Shown here in pieces: positions 13,098-27,415 of a DNA stretch of 64,000 nucleotides. Source of the stretch: Lytechinus pictus (Eukaryota); the NCBI RefSeq assembly GCF_037042905.1, contig NC_087245.1:5086001-5150000 (forward strand), in the 5' to 3' direction. Under the pieces are notes generated by a model, which ran no database searches, had not been told where the DNA came from, and saw nothing but the letters and a program-made list of their open reading frames with translations. How positions within the stretch are numbered: position 1 is the stretch's first letter; every line of letters begins with the position of its first letter. Made by a program: the position numbers and the translations under genes.

Positions 13098-14711
13098 ATG
13101 TCAAGTCCACCCAGAACATTTTTTATTTGAATCAATAGAGTAAAATCCATCAAGCAAAAGGCTGAAAATTTAATCAAAATCGGATGTAAAATAAGAATAT
13201 TGTGACATTTGAAAGTCTTGCTAATTTTTTTTCAGTAAACAGTTATATGCACAATTTAGTGACATGCAAATGAGAGGGTCGATTATGTCCCCCACTTACT
13301 ATTTCTTTTATTTTTGTCTCACCTTCATAGCAGAGTGAGACTTTAGGCGCCGCTTTTCCGACGGCGACGGCGTCAACATCAAATCTTAACCGAAGGTTAA
13401 GTTTTTGAAATGACAGCATAACTTAGAAAGTATATGGACCTAGTGCATGAAACTTAGACATAAAGGTTGATCAGGTATTACTGAACTACCTGTCTGAGTA
13501 TTAAGTCACATGACCAAGGTCAAAGGTCATTTATGGTCAATGAACTTTGACCAAGTTGGGGGTATTTGTTGAATTACCATAACTTTGAAAGTTTATGGAT
13601 CTGAATCATATAACTTGGACAGAAGAGTAATCAAGTATTACTGAAAACCCTGTACGAGTTTCAGGTCACATGACCAAGGTCAAAGGTCATTTTAGTTCAA
13701 TGAACTTTGGCTATGTTGGAGGTAATCACTAAATTGCTGTCATAACTTTCAAAGTTTATGGATATAGTTTATGAAATGTGGACATAGGGGTAATCAAGTA
13801 TCACTGACACTAACTTTGAAAGTTTATGGATCTGATTCATAAAACTTGTACATAAGAGTAATCAAGCATCACTGAACATCCTGTGCGAGTTTCAGGTCAC
13901 ATGACCAAGGTCAAAGGTCAATGAACTTGGGCCATTTATGGTCAATGAACTTTGACCAAGTTGGGGGTATTTGTTGAATAACCATCCTAACTCTGAAAGT
14001 GTATGAATCTTGTTCATAAATCTTGGACACAAGAGTAATCAAGTATCACTGAACATCTCGTGCGTGTTTCAGGTCACATGACCAAAGTCAAAGGTCATTT
14101 AGGGTCAATGAACTTTTGCCATGTTGGAGGTAATCATTAAATTGCTGTCATACCTTTCAAAATTTATGGATATAGTTTATGAAATGTGGACATAGGGGTA
14201 ATCAAGTATCACTGACAAGTCTTAGGTGACATGATCAAGGTCAAATATCATTTAGGGTCAATGAACGTAGTATTGTATCAATATATGAATAGTGTTTTTG
14301 TGAATAATTATTTTACAATAGTTTTCAAAGTCAGCACTGCTGCTGTATTGAATCGCGTAATGCAGGTTAGACTTCCAGGGGCGCTCCACTTGTTTATTTT
14401 TTGAATTATAGAATATTTCCATTTTTACTGATTTAACAATAAGGACCTACTTGACTGAACCATAAAGTTTTTAAAAAAATGCAAATCCACATAGTAAGAG
14501 AGGAATCAGATTTGGTTTCACGTGACAATGAGGAAAAAATTGAACATTTCAAATTTCAGATAATAAAATTCAAAAGAAAAAGTGAGTGAGTGACGACATC
14601 AGTCCCCTCATTTGCATACCGACCAGAATGTACATATATAACTGTTTTGTAAAATGCTTGTTGGACTTTCTCTTCTAATTCACATCAACTTTTTGTTGGG
14701 GTGGACTTTAA
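13098..14711 (-). mobile_element. Kolobok/T2-type MITE, copy 2, split by a nested insertion
   Basis: Left part 13098-13310 and right part 14395-14711 are colinear with the copy at 35559-36161. Internal deletion near the right end. Confidence 0.8.
13311..14394 (+). mobile_element. Non-autonomous Helentron/HINE (DINE-1/Pearl-like) element with a tandem internal core
   Basis: T-run then GTCTCACC with nearby inverted GTGAGAC, a short CGACGG microsatellite, and about 160-bp core repeats. The 3' end has subTIR AGGTTAGAC and a GC-rich tip, ending in a T-run. No TSD. Confidence 0.7.
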
Positions 14712-17659
14712 TATTACCACCATCTTCATAGCAAAATATGTTATGATCTAAAGTAGATGTGAACCTATTATATTCAGGAGCTCAGCCAGCCATTCACGGA
14801 AAGTTCCACATCATAATCGCTCTCATAACGAAGTCTTCATATGCTGTCTTGTCTCTCATCAACAAAGTATAGCAAGCGCTATTGCTCTCATACGATAGGA
14901 ATGTTCTTAGATTTCTCTATAGCAGACGATACGATAGACCACACAATTTTTTGTATATAAACTGTCACATTATTGTATCAGAGGCATTGTTTTAGACTGG
15001 TACCGTAATTATGATACTCAACAACCACGAATTACCCTCCATTTTTATCGTTTCGGATAAATAATGAAATTCACCATTACCCGACTAGACAAATTAATTT
15101 ATATCAGCTGCCAAGGACTCGTACCATGCGTACAGTACTTACTTAGAATACTTTCATATTCATTATTTTGTAATTCCCTTCCTCTGAATATAAGATAGAG
15201 TTTAAGCTTAAGTACATTTAAACTTAAAGTTAAAAATCCACTTTTTGCCTCTTATACTCCCAGAAACTCCCTTGATTCTTTGACAATTATATATCCCTCC
15301 CCCGACTGTTCCCTTTCCCCCACTCTCCCGGTTTTTTTCTATTCTCTTTTTGTTATTTGTATCTTATTCTTTCTTCGTGGTGCCCCCATCCCCAATGCAT
15401 ATATCTTTGTTCGGTCATTTTGATCTTTGATGACCATTCATTAATCATCCCTGAATTCCACTCTCTGCTTAATACACTCCCCTAATCTCCTATTTACATT
15501 CCTTTGATATTTGAGTTCTGTTCGAGAGATGGGCGTTATACAAGCCTCGCTGCTTAACTGGTCTTTTTTTTCTTTTCCCTTCTAAGCATACATACAACTA
15601 TTCACATACTTTTAAAGATGTTTGATTCATCTATGATATTTGTTATTTATTTGTATTGCTATTTTCAATTTGCAAGTTTAAGCTCATCATTTTTGTTTAT
15701 TTTTTGTTTATGATTGATTTTTTATTGATTCATGTAATTAATTTGTATTTATGTATCTCTGATTTGTATGTTGAAAAAAATGATATAGAAATGAAATAAA
15801 CCAAATAGATTCAAAAATTCAATTCAATGTATACCGTCTTTGTTTCCTTAAACCTATAACTTCTTCATTGTCCATTCACTACTTTAAATCATTCTTCACA
15901 GAGAGTATACGTTTCGAACATGTCAAATGAAGAATCTTTTTTCTGGGAAGTGACGTAGACATTCAAGGACTTTTTATAGCATTCAATCACGACACAGTCC
16001 TTCTGATCATCAGATCGTTGGTATAGGGGATCACTTATGTGTCTCCAATAATATCAGTTCTTCAAATTTTGTAAATATAAAATGCCATTTATAAAATGCG
16101 AGCTTTATTCATTGATCCAGTTGGATTTTTGCGTAGAGACATTCAAGCTAAACAAAGACAAAGAAATGTGATATCTGTTTTAAATCCTTTTCTGTCATGG
16201 AGGAACACTTGAGAAAATATCATTCAAGTCTCACAAGTCCGGAACAATCGAATTGCACTCTCCTTAGCCGAGCTGAATGTAATTTAAGGAGATGAACGCC
16301 CATTTTTTTTCTTCTGGAAAGTTTTTAAAAGAGACATCAAAATGTAGGATGCACATGGGCAGAGAGTTTGAAGGAAAATTACTTTCTCCATATGAGAAGA
16401 CAAGTAATAAAGCAGTTGTGAATGATGCAATATAAACATGTATATCGGTCAAATCTACAACCCAAACAATACATGTTTAAATGGGTGGGTGGGTTGACAT
16501 TTTGCATTAATGGTTTGAATATTTGTGCAAGATATAACCGCGGTTTTGAAAATTTAATTTCGAATGTAAACTATAATTTGTAAGGAGACCCTTTTTTCAT
16601 GAACAACGTATAGGAAAGTAAAATGTCATTATAAAGTATAAAGTATTTTATAACTCTTATGATCTTTACGTACCATACCTGATAGAATGAGGGAATGGAC
16701 GTGACCATACCCTACTATCCAACACGTTTTCGTTAAATACACCTCCTTTAGAGAATAACTACTCTTATGACATACGTATAATGTGTAATGTTACAATGAT
16801 TAATGTTGTTGTATAGACTCATTGAGCCTCAATCTATAAACATTGAAGATTTTCATGAGCTTGGAATTACCATGTCACGTCATTTTGGCATTTCAAAGAA
16901 ATACGTGTATTAATTACTTGATTAAAATGATAATGAATGGACTTTTAACGGTATTGTGTAATAGATCATTTTCAGTTTCATGAACTTTCAATACTAACAC
17001 ATGGGTCCTTTTCTTTCTTCCCCCAAGCAACAAGAACACAAACCAAGAGAAACATATTTGTACATAAATAGTATACTAAGATGTTTAAGCTTAATTCAAT
17101 AATAGAATATGTAAATTTTAAATCAAGTAAATTGGTGTCGTATTTTTCGTTTGACGGTGTAAACAGATTTCAGCATGTATTTATTCTGCTCTGAATGCAT
17201 CCTTATCCTGAATCATCACATATCACTATCATTGTTATCAATATGTATCTTCAACCTTCTCAGATTAACGAATTCCAAGAACGTTCATTTAAGATACTGT
17301 TTCAGGTAGACTATCGTATCAAATTATTATCTTACCAACCTCGTCCTTTCTATCAATTAGTTTGGGTTTCCCAACATCTAGTGATAGATTTCAATTTCAC
17401 CTTTCAGCCATCGCTCATTCGCCACTAATTATTTTTTTTTGTCACACAGACTGTTGTTTCTGCTTTAAGTGGTTGCTCCAACTTGTTTTCCATGATGCTG
17501 TAATAGATCTGACACTCTCTTCTAACCCGCCGCTCATTCTTTTGCAACTTTCATCCCCTTATACATGCTGCCTCTTTTGTACGTAATCATGTTTGTTCTG
17601 AACATCCAGTAATAGATTCCAATTTCACCTTCGACACTTCTTCACCAATCATTATCAGC

Positions 17660-18070
17660 TTACACGAGTACTCAGCTCTTGGAGTCACTGGAGAAGAGCA
17701 ATCGATTGAACTAGAGCTAGAGGTTTGCTGAAGGGAAATAGGGCAATCTCTTCTTATCGACTGCCAAAAGAAGTTGACATAGACGAATAGGATAGAGATT
17801 CCAGAGGCACACTTGATCTATCATATATATTGTGTGCCAAATTCTGCACGATTCGTTCTTGATTAAAAAAAAAAAGCCGCATTCGTTCTTGGTCCCAAAT
17901 CCATGATCTAAATTATCAACATTATTATTTTGTGAAAAATGAGAAAAGCTGACTCCATCAAGAAATCCCCACAATGATCATAAATTTTGTTGTGAGCACT
18001 GGATGAGGGTCGAAAAGTTCATCCGCGTACCAGTTATTATTTGTCTGGTAATTCGCTTTCCCCCGCTGTT
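17660..18070 (-). mobile_element. Heavily decayed LINE reverse transcriptase fragment
   Basis: Frameshifted motifs on the minus strand: FRP..VL, SQLFSFF and NN....HGF. Confidence 0.4.
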
Positions 18071-18344
18071 TTTTCGTTTTTATGAGAAATCCTGTCTCAA
18101 AAAACTGGCATACAGCCTAGTTGCCTATATCTACCCCGATGCTCCATGCTGATATCCAAAACATTACTTTTAACCGTAGCAGATAAGATACATAATGATA
18201 CACTCGGCTGTGGCGAAGAATATTTGTTTCGTGTAAGCGAATCGTCATTTAGTTGAAAGAAAGAACCTCTAAACAATTAGATATGTTCTGATATTCTGTT
18301 GAAATGATCACTACTTAATATTGTATGCCATTAATCTTCCGAAG

Positions 18345-18425
18345 TATTCGCTCAGTAGGTAGAGCATGCTTCTCGTTAACTGGAGGTTGGAGCTGGCCTT
18401 GGGTTCAAATCTTTACCGAGTCACA
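18345..18425 (+). mobile_element. tRNA-derived SINE head or tRNA pseudogene
   Basis: A-box gctcagtaggtagagc and B-box ggttcaaatc. Cloverleaf is not intact. Confidence 0.55.
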
Positions 18426-19699
18426 AGTGTTATTTTACCTACTATGTTCGAGAAGGGTTGGTAGTTTCATAATTGTCATTAACAGACTTTAATGATAGTA
18501 TTAAGAATGATGATGATGATATTAATAATAATAATTATTGTTATTATCTTCATCATCATCATTGTTGGGCCAGGCTCGATTTGCACTTGTGCTATTTTCT
18601 GGTCCCATTTACCATTGTATTTTTATACATGTGTAACTGTTATGCAATTTGTTTTATTTATTTATCTATTTTATTTCCAGTCAAAAGACAAGAATATACA
18701 CAACAGGAAGAAATTACCACCGAATAGTGCCTGAGGATGACTAAAAGAAAAACTAGTTTTTGTTATAAAGCTCTCACTAGTCGGGGTATACAAATATACA
18801 AAAATAAAATCGGTATAAAATGACAATATATGTTTAGATGCATTACTTATTAAAACAGAGAACCTAATAATAAAGAGTGTTTGTTTCCATGTGCAATTAT
18901 AATATCCAGTCAATAAGAAATGTTTATGTATTTAAATAAACAATGTTATGCTATTATCAGATAGTAAAGCCTGAGGAGGTGGAGTTGCATAATGTTTTGA
19001 GAACTTAAAAGTTACCCCTTATCAGAAAATACACAATAGTCGAACTTGACAACAATGATCATGCTACAAAGTAACACAAAAAGCAAAAACATAGTATCAA
19101 AGTAATTGTCAGATACATGTATACAATATTCAGAGATAGAGAGAAAGATAGAGAGAGTGAGAGAGAAGAAGTAGAAGAGGAACAAAGAGTTTAGAGAACT
19201 GGGGTAGAATTAAATGAAAGAGAGAGAGAGGCAATAAAGAGACGAAGCATGATCGACATACAAAAATGCAAATTCTACTACCATGAATACAGTTGATAAA
19301 CTAGCATGGGAATAAACATTTTGAACAGTGCAAGAGCAAATAATTGCATGACAGTAATTAACCCTATGGTTTCATAACCTGTAAACATGTGAATATTGTT
19401 GGTAAATAAATAAATCAAATAAAAAAACGATTTACTGTGATACGGCGCCTTTAACGAACTATAGACTATTGATAATTGTAAGGTCACTTTCAAGCCTTAG
19501 TAAAGCACCCTTCGTCATTTCGACTAGGACATGTTATAAAGTGTGGAATCAGAAATTGTGTTATAATTTTGTATCTGATTTTCATGCATCCGACAGTTTT
19601 GTAATGCAACGTCGCTATACGACCTCGTTCTGTACTCGTCTTTTGTAACCTTACATCCGATGAGCAATGATTTCAAAATATCAAGTATTATTCTCGAGA

Positions 19700-20270
19700 T
19701 AACCTTACAACATGTAAGTGGATTTCATTACAATCGGGAAAATTGATATAAATAGATTTCGGTTTCATTTGGTCAAGCCCGGGTTCTTAAGTTGGAAATT
19801 GCAGAGGCAGATCCCTTTACGCCTACTTCCAGTTTCTAGGCAATGCGATTCACATGTGAAGTATTCAGTGCGTTTTATTTGCTTAGCTCCTCTTCTGCCT
19901 CCTACACGCGTGCAACCCATTCACACAACGACCACATCTTTTTTAGTTTTAAACTTTTCGGGTAGCATCTTCGTCTGATTCAATATGGTCAAGCTGCATC
20001 ACGAAGATACGGGAGGGATCATTGGAGCGTATCCAGAAACCCGCCTGTCGGATTACACTTGGCCATGATATAAGGTACGCAGATGCTAGAGAACACCTGA
20101 ACATACATGTACCTTCCCACAGTGACAGAAGGTATACTCTCTGTGTCAACTTTTTTTGAGACAATGTTTGACTCTTCTTCAAAGCTCCATCAAATCTTGC
20201 CCCCGCGAAGTAAACACGTGTATAACACTAGGAACTCTGCCAAATTTGTGAACATGCGGAGCAGGACTGA
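19700..20270 (-). mobile_element. Decayed LINE RT fragment (RTE-like)
   Basis: ORF 19949-20182 contains RVYLLS and QAGFWIRSND..IF, resembling RT motifs RGISLLS and QAGFR..RST.DQIF. Confidence 0.5.
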
Positions 20271-22667
20271 AAAACATTGAAGTAGTCAAATACCCTATCT
20301 TAATCCATTTTAATGTTTTATTTTTAGCAGAATTATTGAAATCGGCTTTTTAATAATTAACTTTCCATGCTATTTGAATGCTTTGTACCCATCCGAACTC
20401 TTGACGTAAAACAATGAAGCACTACAATTTTTCATTTTAAGAAAAGCTGCAGATTTTCCACTAAATGTGTTTTAAGTCTCTCCAATCTTACGAATATATA
20501 TTGTATTTTTTACTCGATGACATAAACTGTGATCTCTCGTACAACCTTTTTTCCCCACATAAGATTCCATTAACACTAATCTGCGTGGTTTCTTAACTTT
20601 GAATTAAATTTGAATGTACCGTGTTCTATTGTGATTTGCATATTGATTTCAAAATGTATTTGCATACCATTATGCTTTATAGGCCATTATTTCTGTTTTT
20701 CATATTTCACTTTCCGTTATACATCCTTTTAATCACCTCCGGCTTTCATAGTACCTCCCCTACACCTCCTTCAGCTTCTTAACCTGCTTATACCGCCCCA
20801 TGTGATGTTACCTGTCCCTTCTTCCTTCTAAGTTTTCTTGATTTTTTTCTGCTTCCATTGTTATCGATCTTTGGTCATGATTAATTGAATATCTTGTGAT
20901 TTTGAATGTACTGTATATTGATTTATTTCATATTTTATGTGTGGTTTTTGATAAATACCTTTTCAAATTCAAATTTAAATCTTTTCCAGGAAGTAGATGG
21001 ACACGGAAAATGCGAGCGTGAACATCACTTGTTAATTATTCGTTTGAAATTTTTAGGAAAAGTAAAGTGTTGACGATATGACATGTGGTGGGATGAAAAC
21101 GATCATTAAAGAATTTATGTTAGGATGCACGTATAATGTGTTAGTTTGTGTGTTTGGGTGCGTGCGTGTGTGAGGGTGTTCATTTTAGCGTAAGGGTTTT
21201 AGCCCTTAGAGTTTATTTACTAAAAACTATCCCTCTCCCCTCTTATAATGGAGCTTTATTGATGCTAGTGTACAAAGGAGTTAGTATTCCTCGTCTGTCA
21301 TTTCAAAGTGGAATTATGCCAAAGTTTATGAAATCAAAACCATGTTTAAACGACACCATTGGGATCAGCTGCATGAAACTGAATATCTGATGCATTTGAA
21401 ATTTCTGTGCCATACATGAGATGATTTTTGTACTTTCCTTTATATTGTTAAAATGTTAAAGGTAAATCCCCCAAAAGGAATATGAATACTTTTTACTCCA
21501 GAAAAAAGAGAGATAATTTTCACTATATATAAGTTATTTTTAATCGAACGATATATAGGGGTGAATTATTGATAGGAAATACGATTAGGTAATGTTTATG
21601 TTCAATTTTAATTTATATTATTCGTCCAATGGAAAATTACAAGAGCTTCATTTTACTCACAAATCAATATATTTCATAATGTTCCTTGAAAATAACATGA
21701 ATAAACACAAAATATTAAAGACGGAATATGGTAAGGATATATCTATAGATATGATAAAAATAATTAATGGGATATTGTTCGATTTTTTTTTCATGTATAT
21801 TATTCTTGGAAATGTTTATGAATTTAAATTTTAGAGTGACATCCAAGTTTTCACTCAACATTTATGATAATATTGATCGTAAGCTCGCCCTTTTAGCAGT
21901 GGTCACTATCACTTATTATTTTAAAAGAGAGTTTGGCCTTTGGTTTAGATAACATCATGGTTGGGTGAAAGCTTGTCAATGTAATCCAAATTTTATACAA
22001 ATTTGAAAATTCCTTACTTTTCAGCAGTTTGCTAAGTTGAATTGTAAAGAAATCAGTGAGAGAATGTGGTGACAATGAAAATAGTTCATGTTTATGTTGC
22101 GCCACGAGATATAAAACGCTTTTTATATGTTTCTTCGCCTCTTTTATTTGAATCTGGTATGTCAATGGGATTATGTGTCGTCATAATTTTGTCTTCTTGA
22201 TCATATTTTTTCACCGTGTGACCTTATTTCCAATGTATACATCACATAGTTCTCACAAGAATAATTAAACTTTTCATGAAAATACTGCTTATGAACTAGA
22301 ATTTCCATACATTCAATGCCAGTTGGAGCCTTGGGTAATTTGCATAAGGATACCAGCGTTTTTCATGTTACATTATTATTATTAAAATAATTTGCATATT
22401 TCAATTGAAAACAGTCTAATTTGATTGATAACCTCCTTTAGTTTGTCATAATAATTCAATTTATCTGTATATCATTTAAAACCTTACCAAAATCATTTTC
22501 GATCATGTCGTCGACCATAGAAATCGTTTCACGACTAGATGAAGCTGGCAGTTTCAAGAGGGCTCCCCGGGCTGCCATAATTATCTTGAATTGATTAGAC
22601 AGATTCTTATGACATAAAATACTATAACCAATTCTGTCTGCCCCAAATTAAAAATCAGGTTCAGTAA

Positions 22668-22778
22668 AGCCCCTTTCACAATAGGTGGTGCGACTGCTTA
22701 CAACCGTTGCGATTCTGTGCAACATGTATTGTGACCAAATGATCGCAAACGATCGCACGAGCAATTGTGAAAGCCCCT
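22668..22778. mobile_element. Short Harbinger-type MITE related to the 38.2-kb element
   Basis: AGCCCCTTTCACAAT...ATTGTGAAAGCCCCT with TAA on both flanks. Confidence 0.7.
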
Positions 22779-23319
22779 TAATACTATTAGAACTATACGA
22801 TCTTATAAGTTTCTCTGGAAATGTGTTTGATAATATGGGTGTGTACCGCTTCCATTGTATAGAGAAGAATTGTGAATAAGTCGATAACTTAATTTGGGGA
22901 ATTTGGCATTCAAGCTATGGTAAATGATATGAAGGGATACACAGTAATCAATAAGTGTAGAAATCTTAATGTTATTTTTCTATTCTAATACATGTTTATC
23001 TATGTCTTGTTTGGTTTGGTTTTATTAACCGTATAAAATCACAACAACCACAACAAAATGCATTGCACAAGATATAAGATTAAATAAATATATAAACACT
23101 TAAAAGATACGGATGGATCACTTTATTCAGAGCCATTGATATAATGGCTCTGTTCTTCTTAGAGGTCCAGTAAAATCTGGCCTCTAGTATAAGTCAGTCT
23201 GTTTAGTATCAACAACGGAATTGATTTCTGCACTGCTCTACTATATAACATTTCACAATGCTGTCCGTATAGTCACCATGTCCCCTAAGAGGAATCACAT
23301 AACCCCTTTACTCATATCT

Positions 23320-23760
23320 CGGCATTGGTCACCGGTTGTTCATCGCATATAGTTTTTAAATTGCTCTTTTTTCATTTATTACACGGAACTGCACATCATT
23401 ACAACTGTAACTTGACAACTCCTTACAATCCCTCTCGTAACCTAAGGTCTGTAAGCTTATCCTTACTTGCTGTACCACATCCCATAATTCATGGGGATCA
23501 ATCATTCAAATATGCTGGGCCATTTTATCGAATAAACTTTCAAAAAGACATCCGCAATATTTCTTGTCTCACCTCTTTAAAAATTCACTGAAAACCTTGT
23601 TATTCACTCAAGCTTTTAAATAATGTAATTCTTCCCCCTTTTTTATTAGGTTTCCATTTTTCTTCTTTTTGATATTATCTTTACTGCGCCATGAACAACT
23701 TTTTGTGATTGATACCGAACCATTACAAGTGTCTATGTTGTTATTATTATTTATTATTAA
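23320..23760 (+). mobile_element. L2-type LINE 3' end
   Basis: IVFKLL..LHG.A..Y, YNPSRNLRS and GDQSF.YAGP match the L2 ORF2 C-terminus. Tail gcgccatga followed by (tta)n. Confidence 0.75.
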
Positions 23761-23888
23761 GGATAAATGCACACATTATACCTGTTTAGTGTCAACGTAG
23801 TGGAGAAGATGTCCAAAATCGTAAGATCGTAGCGCTTGGTGGCAACATACGTTTGACCAGCCTCTCTACTGGCTTGCTGTAACATGCA

Positions 23889-24823
23889 GAGTGACTTTCT
23901 TTCGGGTAAATTTCTATGGGCGGCCTCAACCCTAAAAGGCCCGGGGTGGGGGAATCCGCCCCCCTCTATATTTTTCGCGATAAATCCGCCGCGCGAAATT
24001 TTTCAACCGCGCCGCTTGCTGAATTTTTACTTTTAAATCTCGCACAACTGTTGAGACCAAATTTGCGATGCCCGGGTACGCGGTTACGAAATTACGCAAC
24101 ATTATGTAAGCACATGTCCGACCCAAAACTGCTCAAAAACCTGAATTCATGTACAAATCCAATGCAAATCGTGTATTTAGCCAAAATTCATAAATGTATC
24201 ATTTCTAATTTTACTGATTAAACTAAATCAATTTTGTCTTGTTTATGATCAGAATTAGGTCTTCAACAATTTCCATCGAAAAAACAGCAAAAAACAATAG
24301 TCGAAAAACAAAGAAATACATAAGAAATAAAAAAAACAATAAAATACATAAGAAAAAAAATTGCGATACCAATATTTTTGAAATACATTTGATCGGGATC
24401 CTACAAAGAGTCTGTATGTATGATAGTTGATAAGAGCAATTTTTTATTTGATGCATAAATTAGCATGTATCATCAAATAAAAAATCTGATTATTTCAAAA
24501 AAATTAACCATACAGCCTTGTAGATTTTATCGCACACTACCACCGTGCAAATTTTCACGGCGCTTGCGAGATCGAGATCTTAGGGGGGGGGGGCGGATTC
24601 CGCCCCCCCCCCTCGGCTGTGAGATGGGTCCAAATAACCCGGATCTTTTGGGGTAAGGTGCCAAAATTGATTAACCCTTAAAGAATCTTGCCCTCAGTCT
24701 TATTGTTAGTCTTCTGTATGCTGCTTAATTGATATTTTTCAATTGGTTATTTAGCGAAAATTAATTAACGTTTTTTTTTCCCTAACAGCCGCCCATTGAA
24801 ATTTACCCGAACGGAACTCACCC
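23889..24823. mobile_element. Outer MITE hosting a piggyBac-like insertion
   Basis: Inverted ends ttcgggtaaatttctatgggcggc / gccgcccattgaaatttacccgaa. Extra partial end at 24841-24870. Confidence 0.7.
23930..24652. mobile_element. piggyBac-type MITE
   Basis: CCCTAAAAGGCCCGGG...CCCGGATCTTTTGGG termini. Subterminal inverted ggaatccgcccccc/ggggggcggattcc. Degenerate TTAA flanks (TCAA/GTAA). Confidence 0.7.
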
Positions 24824-25949
24824 GCTGATTATTTTACTTTGGCCCTTACAGCCGCCCATAGAAATTTACCAGGAACTTGCTTTTATAACAATCTTATCTA
24901 TTATGTTACTCCACAGAATTCGCATGATCTCTGTAAGACCCCGTGCAATGTATGACATCATGCGATGAAATTGCCCATAAAGATGTGCATGAAATGAGAA
25001 AAAGACTATATATGATATAAGCCATTTTATACTCACCTCGAAATTGAATTGAATTTTGATTTTGACAGCGTATATTGATAAAGCAATCATCCTACTTAAT
25101 TAAAATGTAGATATTTGAACTGGGTCACTGGCGGAGAGATGAAGGGGGGGGGCAATTGACGTTTCAAAATTTTCAAGACGAAGAAAAAAAGGAAAGAGAA
25201 GTGGGTAAAGAAATAAAATGACAGATTATATGGTGAAATATGACGTTGTTTTGTGAATAGAATTTTAAATTCTATCCCCAAATTAGATTTTTATTTTGAA
25301 AAAGACAATGTTTTACTCCGCTCACGACTTAACATGAATCCTGCCCCATCAACCTTATTGTGTACCCTGAAATGTGTTCCTCATTACACTACTGAACTGG
25401 CTCAAAATCTCATTGACAAGGTTATCGTTTTAAATGGTAATATCATATTTTATCTTTCAAAGTTATGAAAGTTGACCCAAAGAAGTGCATTATCTAGCGT
25501 TTGTTACGAGTAGGCCCATCTCTCGTCGGTAATTACTCTTCTGAAAGAATCCAACCCTGGAAAATAAACTCTTAAAACAGTATTTACGGTCTTCTTCCTG
25601 TGTTGTGATAAAGATTCGACACGCCATTGATTTGTTTTCTCCGGTCATTTCCATTGCCCCCGGATGATTCAATAATATGACAATTGTTTCATTTTGCCAA
25701 TAATGTTTCCAAAGAGTATGATTTCCCTCTCACAAAGTGACCATATGGGTGCAACTGTTTTCATATTTATTACAGATTTGAAAGAAATGAAATCAGCAAT
25801 AAATCTTTTTTTTGTCGGGAGATAAAGAAGATAAGGGTAGGAGAGATCAAAGAATGTGCTAAGGTTATTCAGCGGGCTTTCTTTTGATCACGGAGAGTTT
25901 TTAAAGTAAACAAATGCTTTTATTGCTTCCATCCTTACGCGATGTTCTT

Positions 25950-26425
25950 AGTTTTCTAACGCTTTACAACTAGAATCGAATGAACTCACATCCGAAGACC
26001 TTCACTGGTTACCGGTCCGAAAAAGAATTACTTATAAAATTGGTTCGCTTTGTTTGTTTACGTGTGCTTAAGTAACCTCACACGACAATACATTTCATGT
26101 TTATTTTTTCCAGTCCATCAATCTCTATATACATTACGTTCAAGAACAGTCACTTCTCGTTAACAAATTGCTTAAATGAACTCCAAGAAAGGTAATCAAT
26201 GTATAACATGTGGTCCCAGTATAATTATGGAATAGTCTCACGATCAAAATTCGTTCATATTCTTCATTATACTAGTATTCAATAAAAGCCCCCCAAAAAA
26301 TTGTTTTTTCAGTAATATCCCTTTATATATTTTTTAAGCACTTGGAGTGTAGAATTTAATGTTCTTATTGTAAAGCGCTTTGAGCATGTTCAATGGAAAA
26401 TCGCTAAATGCTTAATATTATGTAA
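25950..26425 (+). mobile_element. L2-type LINE 3' end
   Basis: LHWLPVRKRITYKI, LRS and LWNSL motifs. Tail aagcgctttgagcatg...atcgct. Confidence 0.75.
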
Positions 26426-27415
26426 GTATGTACAGCAAGACAAAATAAATTGCTGCATATACATTGTCTAAAAACACGCACAATCTGTCACGCGCATGCA
26501 ACCACAAACAAATTCTCAGTCATTCACGAACACGGGAACACCTTTTGCCAACATGTTTTATTAAGGATTTCTCAAATGATTTACATAAACTCAATATAAA
26601 TATAACAAAATTTATAAATCGTCATTTTATAGGAACAAGAATATGCAAGAAATATTTCCCAAAAACCGAAGCAAATAATGATGGAATGAAATGCCTTAAA
26701 AACATATTTTTATACATAAAAAAAATAAACTGAGCCCCGACCCTCTATGTAACTTAATGATAATTAATATTGAATGATTTGCATAATTCTTTTTCATATC
26801 ATGTTATCATTGCATCCCTAATTCCATTTTACATCAAGCTTCAACATGCATTAACATAATTATACACACACCCTAACCCCCACACACATACACATACGTA
26901 AACAAACATAATGTTCGTGAACATTTAATTTTTCGCGAAATAGGGTACTGAAAAAAAAAAAAATCTGCAAATCAGATTGATACAAGATAAGGGAAAATTG
27001 AAAAGAACTAGTACAAAATCATTCATCAACACTCGCACCGCACTATCCACATCCGACCTGTTCACACTCAAATCTCTATTCACCCTCAGTTCGTCCCGTT
27101 TCTGTAAATGTAAACACACACACCATACCCTCACCAATAAACAAATGTTTGAAGTTGTGTGTGTGTGTCTGTGTGTGTGGAACTAGTGGTTTGACGATGA
27201 CATTTAATAGTATAACTGTATTGAATGAAGAGTAGAGGGAATGCGGAAAAAATGACTGCCTTGAACATTTTGACATTAAAATTAATAAATCCTTAAGAAA
27301 TTTCATGGTACTTTAAAGTCTAGACACAATCCTAAGTGTATCATTAGAAAATAAATTATTTTTAATCTTATCGCAAATGAGACGAAATGATCGCCGCTGT
27401 ATAGAGCGTCAAGCA

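Noticed and set aside
18345..18425. Functional tRNA gene
   Set aside because: A and B boxes are present but the stems do not pair, so it is a SINE head or pseudogene.
18473..18734. Poly-Ile, Asn and His ORFs
   Set aside because: Driven by trinucleotide repeats. The acceptor at 18680 gives only 15 codons in phase 1, too short to be informative.
23916..24656. ORFs of 60-101 aa
   Set aside because: Internal to the piggyBac-like MITE and made of low-complexity or terminal-repeat translations.
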